Below are positions 1 to 14,200 of a stretch of DNA of 64,000 nt, piece after piece; the first letter of the stretch is position 1; each line of letters opens with the position of its first letter. The position numbers and the translations under genes were made by a program. The stretch lies in contig CP075497.1 of NCBI GenBank assembly GCA_021613535.1, positions 8,680,001 to 8,744,000 on the forward strand, in the 5' to 3' direction. The DNA is from Adineta vaga. Lineage: Eukaryota; Animalia; Rotifera. The notes beneath the pieces are model-generated. The model saw nothing but the letters and a program-made list of their open reading frames with translations. It did not search any database and had not been told where the DNA came from.

Positions 1-3000
1 CGGAAGGATATGATGATCCAACTGAAGTTGAAAGTATTCGTTTTGCACGGGAAAATATGGGTAATTATTTCTTAAAAACAGCACCCGATTATGTCGTACC
101 AGCTGATCAACGATTGACAGTTCTTCGAGCATTGGAACGAATTATGAAGATTCGACTTGCAGTAAGTATAAAATCAGATGTTTTATGAGCAATAAGATTA
201 TAGAAAATATAATCAATCTTTTGTTTGTATTAGACATATACTTATAAAATGGAATTTAATAAACGTATTCTCGATCTTATTGAACGTAAACGCGTTCTTA
301 CAGAACAAATCAATGCTGATTATCAATATTTACGTAATCTTGGTAAAAATCAAACAAATGCTAATGAATTCTTCAATATTCCTCTTCTGCCCGAAAATGA
401 AAACGGTGAAACAAAGTATAAATCAATTAAAAAAACAAAACATTGAAATTATTCTTTCCAATTTCATTTTCTCTTTAGTCGTTTTCAATTTACTCGCGAA
501 GAAATTCAAGCATTTCGTGAAGAACATGAACAACGTAATGGTGATTTAACACGACCTGATGATGATTCATCCAATCCAACAACATCAAAACAATCATCAT
601 TAAAACGTCCACTAGATCTTCGTTGGTCTGTCAATTTAAAAGAAGTACTACCATCGAATCTTTCTCATCAAACAATGTCTGAATCAATACCGATCGATGT
701 TTTACGACAAGCAAAAGATTCCAATTCATTTACACATCGGTACGTAATAAATGATGAATTAATGAAATATTTCCATTTATTTTAGATTATATTTTGAACG
801 TGATCAAATACTAAAGAATGTCCAAGAAAAAATGCGTCTATTTGATCAAGATGTTTGTCTTTTATATTATCTTAAAACTATTAAAACTTTACGAGTGAAA
901 GAAACTGATCTTCGGTACGAATTTTCTTTCATTATCTTGATAGATTTCACTCTTAGTCTTTTCACAAAAATAGATGTATTACATTCTATGAAGAATTAAT
1001 GTTGACAAAAGAATTTGAACGAACAGAAAATGAATTAGAAAATAAAGTTTCCGAAGCACAAAAACGATTTGATACTGAACAAGCAAAAGTAAACGAAAGA
1101 ATCCTTCGTGTTTATAAGACATTTCTTTTTCTATATGAAATTTTAGATGAATGAATTTCAACTAAAAGTCGATGCCAAAAAGAAAGATATCGACATTTTA
1201 GATGATCGAATGAAACAACTCTATGGAACATATGATGAAATGATACCAAAAGAACATAAATTTTATAATTATCTTTTACGAGTATTGAACAAAAAGATCA
1301 AACGAAAGAAACGTGTCGAAGGAGAAGAAGGAGACGGTATGTAAACAAGATTGTATATCTGATATTTCTATGTAAATTCCTGGGATTATTTAGATGCGGA
1401 TGATATGTCACAAGATTTAGATGATGATGATGATTGGGAATTAGAGGATGATGATGATGATGAAGATTTAACAAATACAGATCCAACTCGACAACTTGAT
1501 GTGGATATCTGTCCACCTAATCTTGATCAAAAACTATATGATGAAGTTGTTGCTTTACGTGAAAAACGACTTGATCTTGGTAAGAAATTTTTCTCTATTA
1601 ATCTTCGAGATAGAAAAAAATATTGATTTTTAACTATTTGTAGAAGAAGTAATCGTTGATGAGAAAGGTGTTCTTCAATCTTTACAACAAACATTTGGAC
1701 AAACGCAAATCTATATGAATAAAATTGATGCTGAATTGAAAACGAAACAAAATGATCTTCTTGATTTTCAAGTAATATCAATTGATAATAATTGAAAACG
1801 AATCTTTTTTTCTCCTTTATCTAGAGAAAAAAACAACAAAAGATCAATAATATTAATGTGGCTGTTGGTCTTCGTTGTAATCAAATTCGTTATGATCATT
1901 CGACTTATTTACCGGATGATCTATCTGATTGTTTGATATTTAATAAGAAGAGTAAAACAGATTTAACTAATCGTATTGTTGATGTTAAAACGGAAATTAA
2001 ACGAGAAAAAGAACGATATATGTAATTATAGTTTTCTCAATCGAAAATAATTCTCTAGGAAAATTCTTGTTTAGAAATAAAAAACAATCCCGAAAAGATT
2101 TAGCACATGAATTGAAAAATGCTGCTCAAATTATTCAACGTTTAACAGATGAATGTAATAAATTAATGGTTGAAAAATTTGGAAAATTAGTTGAATTAGA
2201 AAGAATTGAAGGAGCAATTGTTAATTTACAAATTGAAGAACTTAAACAAAAACTTGATGATGCAGGTGATGAATATTACAATACAATGGCACAATATGAG
2301 GTATGAAATTATCTTGACATCATTATAATAGATGTCCTTAACATTTGTTTGACATTGTCCTCTGTTTGCTCGTATGAATAGCAGACTAGAAGAAAACGTC
2401 AACGAAGATAATAATTGCATGAAAGACGATTGTTACTTCTATTAAAATAACCTTGAATATCAAAAGACAGTTGGGCTTATCAAAACAAAGTTTCCGTTAG
2501 TCTTATCTCAAAAAATGTGTTTGTTTCTCAAATCAGTCGTTGACATGTCTTACACATGAATGTTCGATAGAACAACCGATTGATAATCCTATCCACGCTT
2601 TAGTTAGTAAACATTATGATTTTTTCGAGATTCACATCAACAGTTATATCAAATTGAAGAGCTCTTTTGAGAATACATGTTTCAATACAGATAATAATTT
2701 TCATTGTAATCAGTTACATGATGACGAATCACTAGAAAAATGAAAAATATATTTGGTTCATTGGTTAGCAAATGTTAGTAATCAATTGTTTTTGTTAATA
2801 ACATGATTTTTGTTATCGTCAACTGCATTTTAATATACTAGATATATTCTTTATTGATTGATATCATTGATGTGCTATTATATCAAGGATATCATAACCT
2901 ATTTTTGCCCAAGTCATCTCATAATGACCTTGTAAAAGATATGCAGTTATGTTTTCTCTAAATACTTTCGTTAGATAGTATAGTAATAATATATAATATG

Positions 3001-3383
3001 CTTTTAGCTTCGTAAGATCGAAGAAAATGACGATACAATTGATTTATTGAAAACCAATACGAAACGTCTTGATGAATTAACTCACCTTGTTGATGATAAA
3101 CGTCAGCTTGACGAACAATTAATGAAACGTAAATCAAAATCTGTAAGTTAATTTCTTTTTGTTTTCGAGATCTATTCAATTACGTTTTATTCGATGTCAA
3201 TTTTAGGCAGATGAATTTGCTGGTCAATCAAAACAAGGTGCTGAAGAATACGATCGTCTATGTACTCTTGTACAATTACAAGCACAAGAAATTGAAGCAT
3301 TAAAAGCAGAAATAAGTATTCTATCACGTAAAGGTGGACATATTTTACCACCGAATCCTGCGATACTTCCTCAAAATGCGTGA
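1..3383 (+). CDS. CFAP44: Cilia- and flagella-associated protein 44 (WDR52), C-terminal coiled-coil part; multi-exon, 5'-truncated by the window
   Basis: Spliced frame gives 'GYDDPTEVESIRFARENMGNYFLKTAPDYVVP', an acidic 'DDDDD..LDVDICPPNLDQKLYDEVVALREKRLD' segment and the end 'LVQLQAQEIEALKAEISILSRKGGHILPP', all resembling CFAP44; stop TGA 3381-3383. Confidence 0.85.
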
Positions 3384-3472
3384 TACATCATCTGATAATC
3401 ACTAACATTGATTGAAACATTTTTTCTTTTGAAATATTTTTTTTTTTCATCAATAAAAATGACTTTAAAAAA

Positions 3473-3775
3473 TTATTTTCGTCCCTTTGGTTTTCGTACA
3501 ATCGCTTTCTTTTTTCTTGCATTTTCATTTCGTTGTTGCTGTTGTTGTTGTTGTTGTGATGGATTTATTTTATTCTTATTCAAATCTAATGAGAATTGAT
3601 TTTCTGATGAAGATTTTTGTTGTGAAACAAGTTCTTCAGCGGCATTTAGTAAAGCTTGACGAACAACATGAAGTATTTTCGAAGATGATTGATCGGTTGG
3701 AATTAGTTGTGGTTCAGATGATTTCTTTTGTTCACTTTGCCGACGAGAAGTTTTTGATTTAGAAGCACGAACCAT
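3473..3775 (-). CDS. Small basic hypothetical protein (100 aa, MVRASKSK...RKPKGRK, poly-Q)
   Basis: Open frame from ATG 3775 with coding-like composition and NLS-like K/R clusters at both ends; the ORF-track extension upstream is U-rich non-coding-like sequence. No family recognised. Confidence 0.5.
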   Translation of the reverse strand: MVRASKSKTSRRQSEQKKSSEPQLIPTDQSSSKILHVVRQALLNAAEELVSQQKSSSENQFSLDLNKNKINPSQQQQQQQQRNENARKKKAIVRKPKGRK

Positions 3776-3906
3776 ACTCAGAAAGAGAAATGAAAAGTTA
3801 ATCTGTTTTCTTTTTATCAATAGAAAATGCGCGTAAAAAAGCAAAACTACATGAAGATAAAATGAGAAAAAAATGAGAAGATACACACAGAAGAAGAAAA
3901 TTCAAT

Positions 3907-5152
3907 TTAAACTCTGTACGGTGAAATAGTTGTTTCAATAGGAATTATACGGTCGCCAACTGTTTGATTATCATTGATTAATGAACGTTGATTATTCGTT
4001 GAAACAGTATAACTAGGTCGATTTGATGTATATGGTGGTAAACGTGATGCACTTGTGCCTAACATAGGTCGAGTACAAGCTTCAATAATAAAGAGTATGC
4101 CAGCAATCAATGCAAATGTCTGCAAAAGAAAAACTTCTATGTTACTAACGTTCAAATTAATTATCTTACGGCTGCAGCTGCAGCTGCTCCTGGACTTGGA
4201 TATGTTTGTTCATTGAAAATATTCTGATAGTCATAGGAAAGATATCCACGTTTTATAATTCCGGGTGTTCGTCGTAATTTATCTTCCCATAAGATAGCAC
4301 ATATTCCAATGGATATCATCATTAATCCCATAATAACATTTGCAAATAAACACTGAACGAAGAAAAAAAGAAACTTCATGAGTGGCTTAACAATTTTTTT
4401 TTCTACTTACAGCTTGATTTAAATACAAAAATGTTCTTCCTAGATAACGTAGACCATAGAAATGTGCAAGAAGAATAATAATTGTAACCGTTAAACAAAG
4501 AACACAAAATGCTTGAAATACACCTCGTATAGCTAGAGTACTTAGATCAGGATAGACTGATTGTAAATTATCAGCTAATTCACAAAACAATCGTGATGTA
4601 AATGCAACACTAATGAGAGCTGCAATTAATGAAACCTAAGAGAGAAAAAGAATCGGTACGTTAAAGTCAATTGTCTACGTATAATGAATTCTAAATGATT
4701 CAGAACAATACGGATAAGTAATTAAATATGAATGTTTAGATTCTATTCATTAGAATCTTTCTTGGAGGTATTCATCATATTCAATCACTATCTGGAATAC
4801 ATATGTTGTTATTTTACGACTAATTGATTGAATAATCTACTTCATCAACCGTTAAGTATCCAAGATTCCTTCTTCCTATCGATTGTTTGTTTAGATAAAA
4901 ACCGTCGGCATATCAAGATTACATCAGACTGACAAAAATACCTATTTGTTTTTGTTAACTCCTCAGACAAGAAGTAAAAAAAGAAGAAAAAGAAATTTAT
5001 CGTCTCTTTAAAAAGATTCGAATCATTCAAGGAAATTATTTTTATATCTATTCTTTTATCTTCAATAATATAAACCGTAAACTTACGATTTCAGCAATAT
5101 TAAGAATCCCAGTTATCGTCGATAAATATCCGTAGTCTAATGTTCTACCCAT
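3907..5152 (-). CDS. MARVEL-domain four-TM membrane protein, 4 exons
   Basis: Exon 1 (5152-5087) MGRTLDYGYLSTITGILNIAEI|gtaagt is a typical MARVEL start; downstream exons give four hydrophobic helices ending 'GAAAAAA|TFALIAGILFIIEA'. Confidence 0.7.
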
Positions 5153-5913
5153 TTGTCCTATGAAAAAGAAATTTCATATATGTTCATCTTTTCATCTTAT
5201 GACATTGACTCACTTTTCTAGTCGTCTTTTAAAAATGAATCAATGTGAAGGAGAATATATATATGTATATATAGACGACGATAAAGAAAAATAATAATCA
5301 CGATTAGCACGACGTACGCCTTTCTATGGCCTTCTTTGTATGTATATATGAATGTACAAGCGATATCTTTCTCGTCTTTCTCGTAACTGTACTATTCTTA
5401 TTCTTTTCTCTTATGGTGATTGGACAAGGTTATTCTGTTTCCTCATCATTATTTTCGCTAGAGACTTATTTTAGTACATCTACTATTGATGACGTTCGAA
5501 GACATCAACTCGTTTGTGTGTGTGTGTGTATGTGTTTATGATGTTCGTTTCCGCATATACAAAAGACGAGACAAAAAGGATGTTTTCCTTGGGACATCCA
5601 ATAGTTGTCTTTGTTGTTGTCGTATACATGCGTATGATGATCCGATCTATATTTAGAAATATCAGCATGAAACCATTAAAAATCTTCAGAGATACGTCAA
5701 ATGAAAAATGATCTAGATGAGATCAATACTTTGCATGTAGACATAGATTGATTTCAATCGGTTCCATATGGAAATTATTTTTCTATGACATCAATGCAGA
5801 AAAAAAAGATGATCTCAAAGAAGAAGAAAAAGCGCCTTGAATATATATATTCTTATTATTATTTCATCTGTAGTGTATTTCGTTTTTTTTCTCTCTTCGG
5901 AAAATGATTTAAG

Positions 5914-8890
5914 ATGCGAACTGTCTCGAAACTCTATGATCTATGTTTAACAGGTGTATTAAAGAATTCTTTTTTAAATTTCAATCAATTGCCTAATTCA
6001 TGTTTACGCGATTTACTTCCATATCTGTCACCGTATGAACTTGAACGTTTAGATTTAATTTATCATCAACGAAACATTCCGATTAATGATCTTTGGCGTC
6101 GACATTTCGAATTGATTTGGTCATTGTCACGAGATGATAAAGATTCTTATGAATCAATGTTAAATATTCCATATAAACGGTTCTATTTCGAATATCTTTT
6201 TCATGATACACAAATTTTACAATTAGGAATCTATACACATATCTCAGCAATAAATCAATCGAAATCAATTGTAAACCTTTCATTTTTTGAGCAAATTAAA
6301 TATAATTTAACAAGAGATTCAATTATCTATTGTTCAAAACGAAGATTAATTGATGAAAATCAAAATCTTCTTCTCATTTGGAATCATCAATGGAATAAAT
6401 ATATCAAACGGTAATCCTTTCAACAAAACACAATCATTTCATACACTATTCAGCTCATTTTTTCAGTTTTATTCTCGTACCAAATGTTTGGAATTTAACT
6501 AAAATGGATCCACTATTAATTGAATGTTTTACGGAGAATGTCACTCATATTGTTCTTAGTGGTTATCCGACAGAAAATGATATTCATGGGATGAAATTTA
6601 TCTTGGATGTTCTTACACGTGGACATATTGAAAATATGATAATTAAATTTCCATCCTATTGTTTAATGAATATTCTTTTACCATTATTAATCTATCCACG
6701 TTCATATTCATTAACATATCTGTCAACAATGAAAGAAACGGATTCTAAACAATTGAATATTTTAACACAAAATTATTTTTTACCACGTCGTAAAAAGAAA
6801 GTTTGTTTGCAAGTACAAATTCGTTCGAACGATGATTCAAAGAATCTCAAACGAGTCCTATCAACAATTGAACAATCTATTGAAGATGATGACCAACATT
6901 CAATCGATACAACACGGGCTATAATATCAAATTCTATGAATAGTTTACATGATTCGATTGATCTTCTATCAAATCCACCGAATACAACTGTTCATGTACA
7001 TTCATCGATCTTAGAAATAAGAAATGATTCATTAGAATTAATTCTACAACAAAATAGACCTTCGGAAAATCATGTACAAGTGATTGAATCAAGTCATGTT
7101 ATTCCATCGATAAATACGGAAAGGTATGTTGAAAGGAAAAAAATTTGAAATTCAAATTCATCTTTTATCTCACTTATTGTATTGGTATTCTTCATTCGAT
7201 TTTAATAGTTACTTACATGATAAGATGAATTTTGACATTCATCGATAGAATCATGAATGACAATAAACAGAGACAAATTTCGATTTTTAATGAATATAAC
7301 ACATATATCATCATGAAAGATTACTGTATTAAATTGAAATAGTTTTCATTCTTTTTCTTAGACCAATTCTCGAACCATATGAACAACTTCTTCCTTATCT
7401 AAATCGTTCTCGAACACAAACACAATATTCTACACTTCCGTCATTCTTTACACCAACTCGTCATCTATCAATTTCTGAACAATCCGTTTCAATCAATCAA
7501 CCACCACCACTACTATTAACGAACACTCACGTAGAACCATTTTCCTCTAGTGATAGTAATTTATTTCATCACCACCATCATCATAATACAATTAAGATTG
7601 CTATTCCTGAAAAGAAAGTTTTAATTCAACAACAAGAAAATAAAATTTCCGAAGAAAAATTTCCAATACTTCATGTAACACCAGAAAAACAAACGAATTC
7701 ATTGACAACACTTTCCATTTATTATGTTTCATCGATTGAAACGATCGATATGATTGCTATTGCTCTACTAGGTAAATCTAAACTCATTGAGAATTTAGAA
7801 TTCAAATTTCTTGTTTTTCGTTCGAAAAACAAAAGGTATGAATCAAATTCGTCATTTGACTTTCGTTAATTTTGCACATTATTCATCTCAATTGGAAACA
7901 AGTTTAATTGATCTATGTACACGATCTCAATTACAAACACTCCATTTAACTAGTATTTCATTAGTACAGGGTGCCATTGGTTTTCTTTTTCATCTATTTC
8001 AAAATCCAATCATCAATCTTAAACGTTTACGATTAGATGCAATTAAAATTTTTACTTCCATTAATAATAATATTCATTTATCTGACATTGAACAAGTCAA
8101 ATTTCATCTGAATACTTCATTAGAACAATTCATTTGGAGAGAGTAAATCAATTGAACTATTTATTGATTGATCCATTGAAATCTTTTCTTTAGACGTCAT
8201 ATGCAATATATTCACATGCGTTTATTATATAAACTATTACCGATTATTTTGTCAAAACTTGATCGTCTTGAACTTTCATCGATACTTGAATGTACAGTAT
8301 TGGATCAGTTTCAATGGTGTCAAACATTTCTACACGATATAGCGGATATACGTCTTCGAAATTTTCGTATTCGATCGATGAATCTTTCACGACTGTTTCT
8401 AGCATTGAATACGCCATGTACATTAACGATATTTCATTTGGAACGTATTGGTTTAATATGGAATAATGATCAACAATCTTCTCTTATTCATGAAGCATTT
8501 ACTTCCTTGATTTTACATGCAAAATATCTAGTAGAACTTAGTTTAGCCTATAATAATCTCAATGATAATTTTATTCAATGGCTTTGTCAAATCTTATTAC
8601 GTGACGATATGAATGTTGATAATCAAAAGTTATCATGGTGGTCAATTAGTAATCTGAATCTGACATTTAATTTAATACCAAGCGAATCAATGCGAAGACT
8701 TTGTCAAACATTGAGAGAATATAGAGATCGATGGAGAATAGGAAATTCACCTATTCGACGACTTGATATTCTCGGTAATGCTATTGAAATGAGAGAGATT
8801 CCGAATTTAAAAAAGCAATTCAACGCACTTGGTTGCGATCTTATCTCGTACATCTTGACTCAAATATTTTCCTCTTGTAGACACGAATAA
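5914..8890 (+). CDS. LRRC41: LRRC41/MUF1-like BC-box leucine-rich-repeat protein, multi-exon
   Basis: N-terminal 'SKLYDLCL...LPNSCLRDLLPYLSPYELERL...LWRRHF' (BC-box/Elongin-A-like), central low-complexity region, C-terminal RI-type LRRs (LVELSLAYNNL, ISNLNLTFNLI, IRRLDILGNAI). Confidence 0.65.
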
Positions 8891-10009
8891 GTGCATACTC
8901 TAGAGATGATACTATCGAATAATTGTTATGGTTTGTTAAATAACGAAATATTTTGAACGAGAGAGACTCAATGAACCATTAAAATATATGTACTAGATGA
9001 ATATCAAACCAACTTGCTACTCTTCAGTAGATCTAACCATTTAGTCAGACATTCTTTTCACTGATGAAAAATAATGATCAACTGTCGACTGATCGATTTC
9101 AATAACATTTAAAAAATATTTCAGTATCATCACAATCGTATGTTTTATTAATCATATGTGACATTGATGAAATAGATATACTATCTTATCAATCTGAGAA
9201 TTTCTTTCGACTCATTGACATAGTACATGATAAATCACCAATATAAAATGATGATTGAATATAATAACAAAACAACAACAACAACAGCAATATATCACTA
9301 TTTTAAAGATAAAATCTTTTCATTTAAAAAACTTTGATATTATTTTCTTCCTTAAAAATTGTCATATAACAAAAAGTCCCTATAATTTTCTTTCTTATAT
9401 ATAAATTTCAACACTCATGACTTGATGAAAGTCATTCAAAACATTTCTTTTTCATCTGCTATAATTCAATAACATAATATAAAGATTTTTCGTTGGCAAG
9501 TAATTTAGTGTGACTTCGATTTCTTTTCAATATTACTATGAATGTTACTAAACATGTCTAATTCAGACGACGATTGAATGAATAAAAAAATATGTGCTTC
9601 AATCTTCTAATTTTTCTGAGCATAGTAATAGACTGATCTGATGTTCTTGACAAGCGCATAGTTGGTTCGATTTTTTTTGTACATTATCACAAGAAAAAAA
9701 AACTGAAATGCTTGAAATTATCTTATCAATTAGATGTATTAATTAAGTTGTATATTTTCAATAACAAGTCATGAAATGAAGGACTCTTAAGATTTTTCAT
9801 TTGTAGACACGCTCGTCTCAAGGAAAGAATAGACATAGAAGTAAGATAAAATTGATTTTACTTTCTAATTAGCAATCTGATTGTCTAAAATGAGGTAAAT
9901 ATCCTGAGAAGAATAGTTGATTTCTATCTCTCTCGAGATTGTTGATGATAGGTTCGATTTAACAAAAAGAAAACTGAAGATATCGAACAAGTTCAAATTC
10001 GATTATTGT

Positions 10010-10370
10010 TATATCCAATTTAAGTTGATAGTTTCATCCGAGAAATCTTGTCCTTGTAAATGACCTGTAAGTTGATCCTGATCTACAAGTATGTGTACGC
10101 GTGGATTTTGTTATTTCTTTTCTACTTACTTGTTTCCTCTTTCACTCTCTCTCTCTCTTCTCTCTGTTGATTCAACTGGTCGTCGTCCTGATGATGAACT
10201 CTATCTCTCTCAAATTTCTTCTGACCACAATTGAAATTGTTGACATACGCATACAAATACTGTACTTTTCTTTTCATTTCTTCGATTTCTTTCTTCTTTT
10301 CCTTTTTGTTGTTCTTTTCATTTTCTGTCAAGCATCGAAATTTGTCCAGAGAAGAAAGGATTGAACGTCG
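10010..10370 (-). CDS. Possible small or decayed hypothetical gene (charged, coiled-coil-like)
   Basis: K/E-rich ORF 10122-10397 ends at a gtaagt donor that can join an acceptor (cttgtag) near 10083; no homology recognised and start uncertain. Confidence 0.25.
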
Positions 10371-10730
10371 CGGCTGAATAAGATGAGATGAGGGCACTAC
10401 TTCATTGTCAAATATAACATACTCTTCTAAATAGAGTTTTTTTTCTTCTTTCTTTATTCTTTTGTTCTCAATTGCTCTTAGTTGTTAGCCGTATTTTGAT
10501 ACGAAAAAAAAGCGAATTGACGAGTAACTTATCAAATTCCGTTCTACACATTTATTCAACTGCATTGTTACATCTCGTATTCTATTCATTGTATATTCTC
10601 GTATATATACATATGAATATGTATCCGTGTAGGACAATATATAACTAAAGGGATGTCTACGTGTGATCGTCGACGAACCATAACAAATAGGAAGCTTCAT
10701 CATACTTAATTACGCGATCGTTCATATTCG

Positions 10731-10760
10731 AGAATAGAACAGAATAGAATAGAATAGAAT
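10731..10760. repeat. (AGAAT)n pentanucleotide microsatellite
   Basis: agaat agaac agaat agaat agaat agaat seen directly. Confidence 0.85.
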
Positions 10761-11201
10761 AGAGAACGAAATAACAGTTGAACATGTTATATTCAATCCA
10801 ACCCGCTATACGATTAGGTGTGAACAGCAGGAGTGACTTTTTTCTTTTTGCTTGAGTTTTTTTTAGTTATTCTCGTATAAGCATCACATAACCATTTATC
10901 TATCGCGTATATGTATATGTATGCAATGAATACAGGTGAGAGAACGAGAGCTCATTATAAAAATGAATATTGAAGGTCATCATTCGTATGAACATTGTTA
11001 TCATTTGACATGATGAGCACTAGTTGACGGGAAATGGAGCTCGATCGATGGAGCATGACCTATGAGTATGTATACACCTTGAAACTAAATGTATATGAGT
11101 AGATGTATATGTGTATTAGGCAATGTGTCTTTTTCTTCGTTTTTCTTCTTCGTCTTCGTTTTTCTTTCTTTTTCTATTAGACAATCAACTAATAATCATG
11201 A

Positions 11202-14200
11202 ATGACAGCAAAAGGTGTTGATCAATCAAGAAAACTTGTTGGACACACAAATAGCATAGAAAGGAAAAGAAATTAGATGATTTAATAAATAATGAACAGA
11301 CCTAATTATGCATTCACAAATATCGATTGAATATGATAAAAAATGGAAGGTAATATATAATTGATTGATTCTAAACAATCTTTTATCTATTGATCATGAC
11401 AATTTTAGGCTAATAGTGAACCACGTGGTTTTCCAACCAAACATTTTATGAACGATTCTAATGGTAGATTTAACCTTCATTTATTTTCTTTTAATTGAAT
11501 TATTTATTTTCAAAAAAAAAACTGAATTTATTTAGATGGATGTCATGATCATTTTCGTATCGATAAAGAACAATCGATGCTTTCTGATTGTCAAAGATTA
11601 CTGGAAAGAAATGAACCATTAGATAAACCAGATAAATATGGCATTACTTTAGTAATTAAAGAATTATTTTTTATATATTAGTTTTTCCTTCTCTTTTTTT
11701 TCAGTTACATATTGCTGCTACTAAAGCATATACAAGTGTAGTTCGTTTCCTGTTACAACGACGTGTGAACGTAGATCAAATAGACGACACGGGTGCTACA
11801 GCATTACATCTTTGTGCTAAACATGAGCAAGTAAGAGAAAGAAAAAGAAAAAACCTTCTTTTTTATGCACGTGTTTTCCTTACTGTTTGTTAGGGTTTAA
11901 TTGTTAAACTTCTAATCGACGCTCGTGCTAATCCAACTATTTGTGATCGTTTTGGTCGAAAACCAAGTGGTAAAATTTTCTTATCAAAAACAAGTTCAAA
12001 TCTATGGTTTCTTTTTCTTTTTGTTTTTTTTTGTAGAAGTATGTGCATCGAATAGTTTCATTCGAGCTGTACTTCTCAAAGCAGAAGTTAAATATGAAGA
12101 AAAACGTAAACGTGCTGAACAAAGTGATGATAGTTTAGAAGAAGAGCATGAAGAAGCATCAGATAGTCTATCAGATGAAGATAATCGTGACGATGATGGT
12201 TTTCAAGATTTATTTAATCCGATACCTGAAAAAAAACAAAGGTGATTCATCATAGTTTAAAATAAAATTATACCAGAAAGAAAAAGCATCGATCATTTTC
12301 TTCCTTTTTTTCACATGTTATAGTATGAATTCACCAACGACCGATGATGATGATGATGTGACTAGAATGTTGGATATTTTTGAAGAAAGTTCTGTCGATG
12401 AAAAAGTAAGTAGTAATAAAAAAAGAAGAATAGATCGTAAAAATGTAATGAGTAATGTTTAAGTCATTTTATTAGAAATTAACATTGAATGACTTTCGAA
12501 TGCTTCGAAATTGAATCTATTTAAGTAAAAGAAACGATAGGTTTTTTTTAATGAAACTTATTTGTCATCATAATTGTTTTTAACTTCCTTTTTTTCTCTT
12601 TCTTGTACTTGTCTTTAAAAGCCGTAGGATAGAAATACATTAACCTTGTCTATTTACATATATATTAATAAGAACCTATTGAAATTTTTTGACGTCATGT
12701 AAAATACTAGTTAACGATATATATAATCTTTTACCTTGACTTAATATATTTGAATTTGTCTAACTATCAATTATCTTTAGCCGGATATATTTAGTTATGA
12801 ATCTATGTGGCTATTTAAATTGGAAATAAAAGATGACTTTTTTTTGCTTTTTATAAGAAGGAAATCAAAATGAGATGTGAGAAAATACATTATTGTTACT
12901 CAATAATTACATCATCATTTAAAGTGCTTGGCAATTTGTAGTACGGTTGAACGAGCTGAAAAACGTCACGAGAGATGTTCAACCATTAGTACAATGTAAT
13001 GGACAGAAAAGTAAATCATTTAGTATGATTCTGATCGGTCCAGCCACGCACACACACACATAGAGAGAGAGAGAGGGGGAGATGATTTCGCATATATTAA
13101 GTAAAAGAACATGATAGAAAGAGGAAAAAGGGAGTAATGGACAAAAGTAGGCATGATCAAATATGGGCGAGAGTAGGAGAATTGTCTTCGTTGTTGTTCT
13201 GAGCGCTCTCCTAATTGACTAAATAAGAGGAAGAGAAAAAAGAAAAGAAAAAGAAGAAGATACACGTCGTCAAAAGTAATCCTTTATCGAGTGACAAAAA
13301 GCGACGTTGAAGGCGACTTAACGCCGTTGACACACTCAGATACATACAACACATAGACACACGGACATTATGCCGCCGACAATGTTACCACTGATATTTG
13401 ACATGGGGTCTTACAAACCTTCGGTGAGATTTACGCATGCCTTTTTCGCCTCTGACTCGTTCTCTCTCTCTCTGTTTTACCTATTGTTTCCAGTTCCTTT
13501 GAAAAATCAAGTGATCTTCATTTGCGTCAATGTATGATTGCACTTTTAAAGATTGCTTTTCGAATCGTCAAATTGAAGATCATGTTTTCGAATGTTCGAT
13601 CGTTGAAAAAAAGGAAAAAAGAAAGAAATGCAAGATTTGAAGAATTTTAGTAAACATGTTCGAGAATGCAGGCAAAGAGAAAGTTACACAAGGATAAGCG
13701 AAAAAAAAGAAATGAGAGACGACAAAGATGAAGAAGAAGAAGAAGGAAAATGAAACAAGGACATATTCAACATTTTACAAACTACGCTGACAAGTGTAAA
13801 ATCAGTCCTTGACGATTACAAACAAACAAACAAACAAATCATGAACGAAATATTACTATTATCACTATCATTATCACTCGTTCCGCGAAATGTTTTTTAC
13901 CTTGTACTTTTATTTATATAAATCTATTCAATTTCACAGACCGATGTAAAAGGAAAAAGACGAAACGAAAAGAAAGGACATATATACATTCATCATACAT
14001 ATTCTACTGACCTTTTTTTGTAGTGTCTCATATGACTATTTGTATTCATTCGGTCTGCCCATCAGAGGCACATACATACTAATTTTTCGTTCATATTTAT
14101 ATATAGATATTCATAGTTTATAGTTCTTTCGAAGACTAGTCTAAAAAACTTTATGTCATGTCGAGAGACGATATGGACTACCAATCGAATAACCCAGCAT

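Noticed and set aside
2304-3007. Enlarged CFAP44 intron with short ORFs as an inserted element
   Set aside because: No terminal repeats or recognisable protein; cannot be supported without a repeat library.
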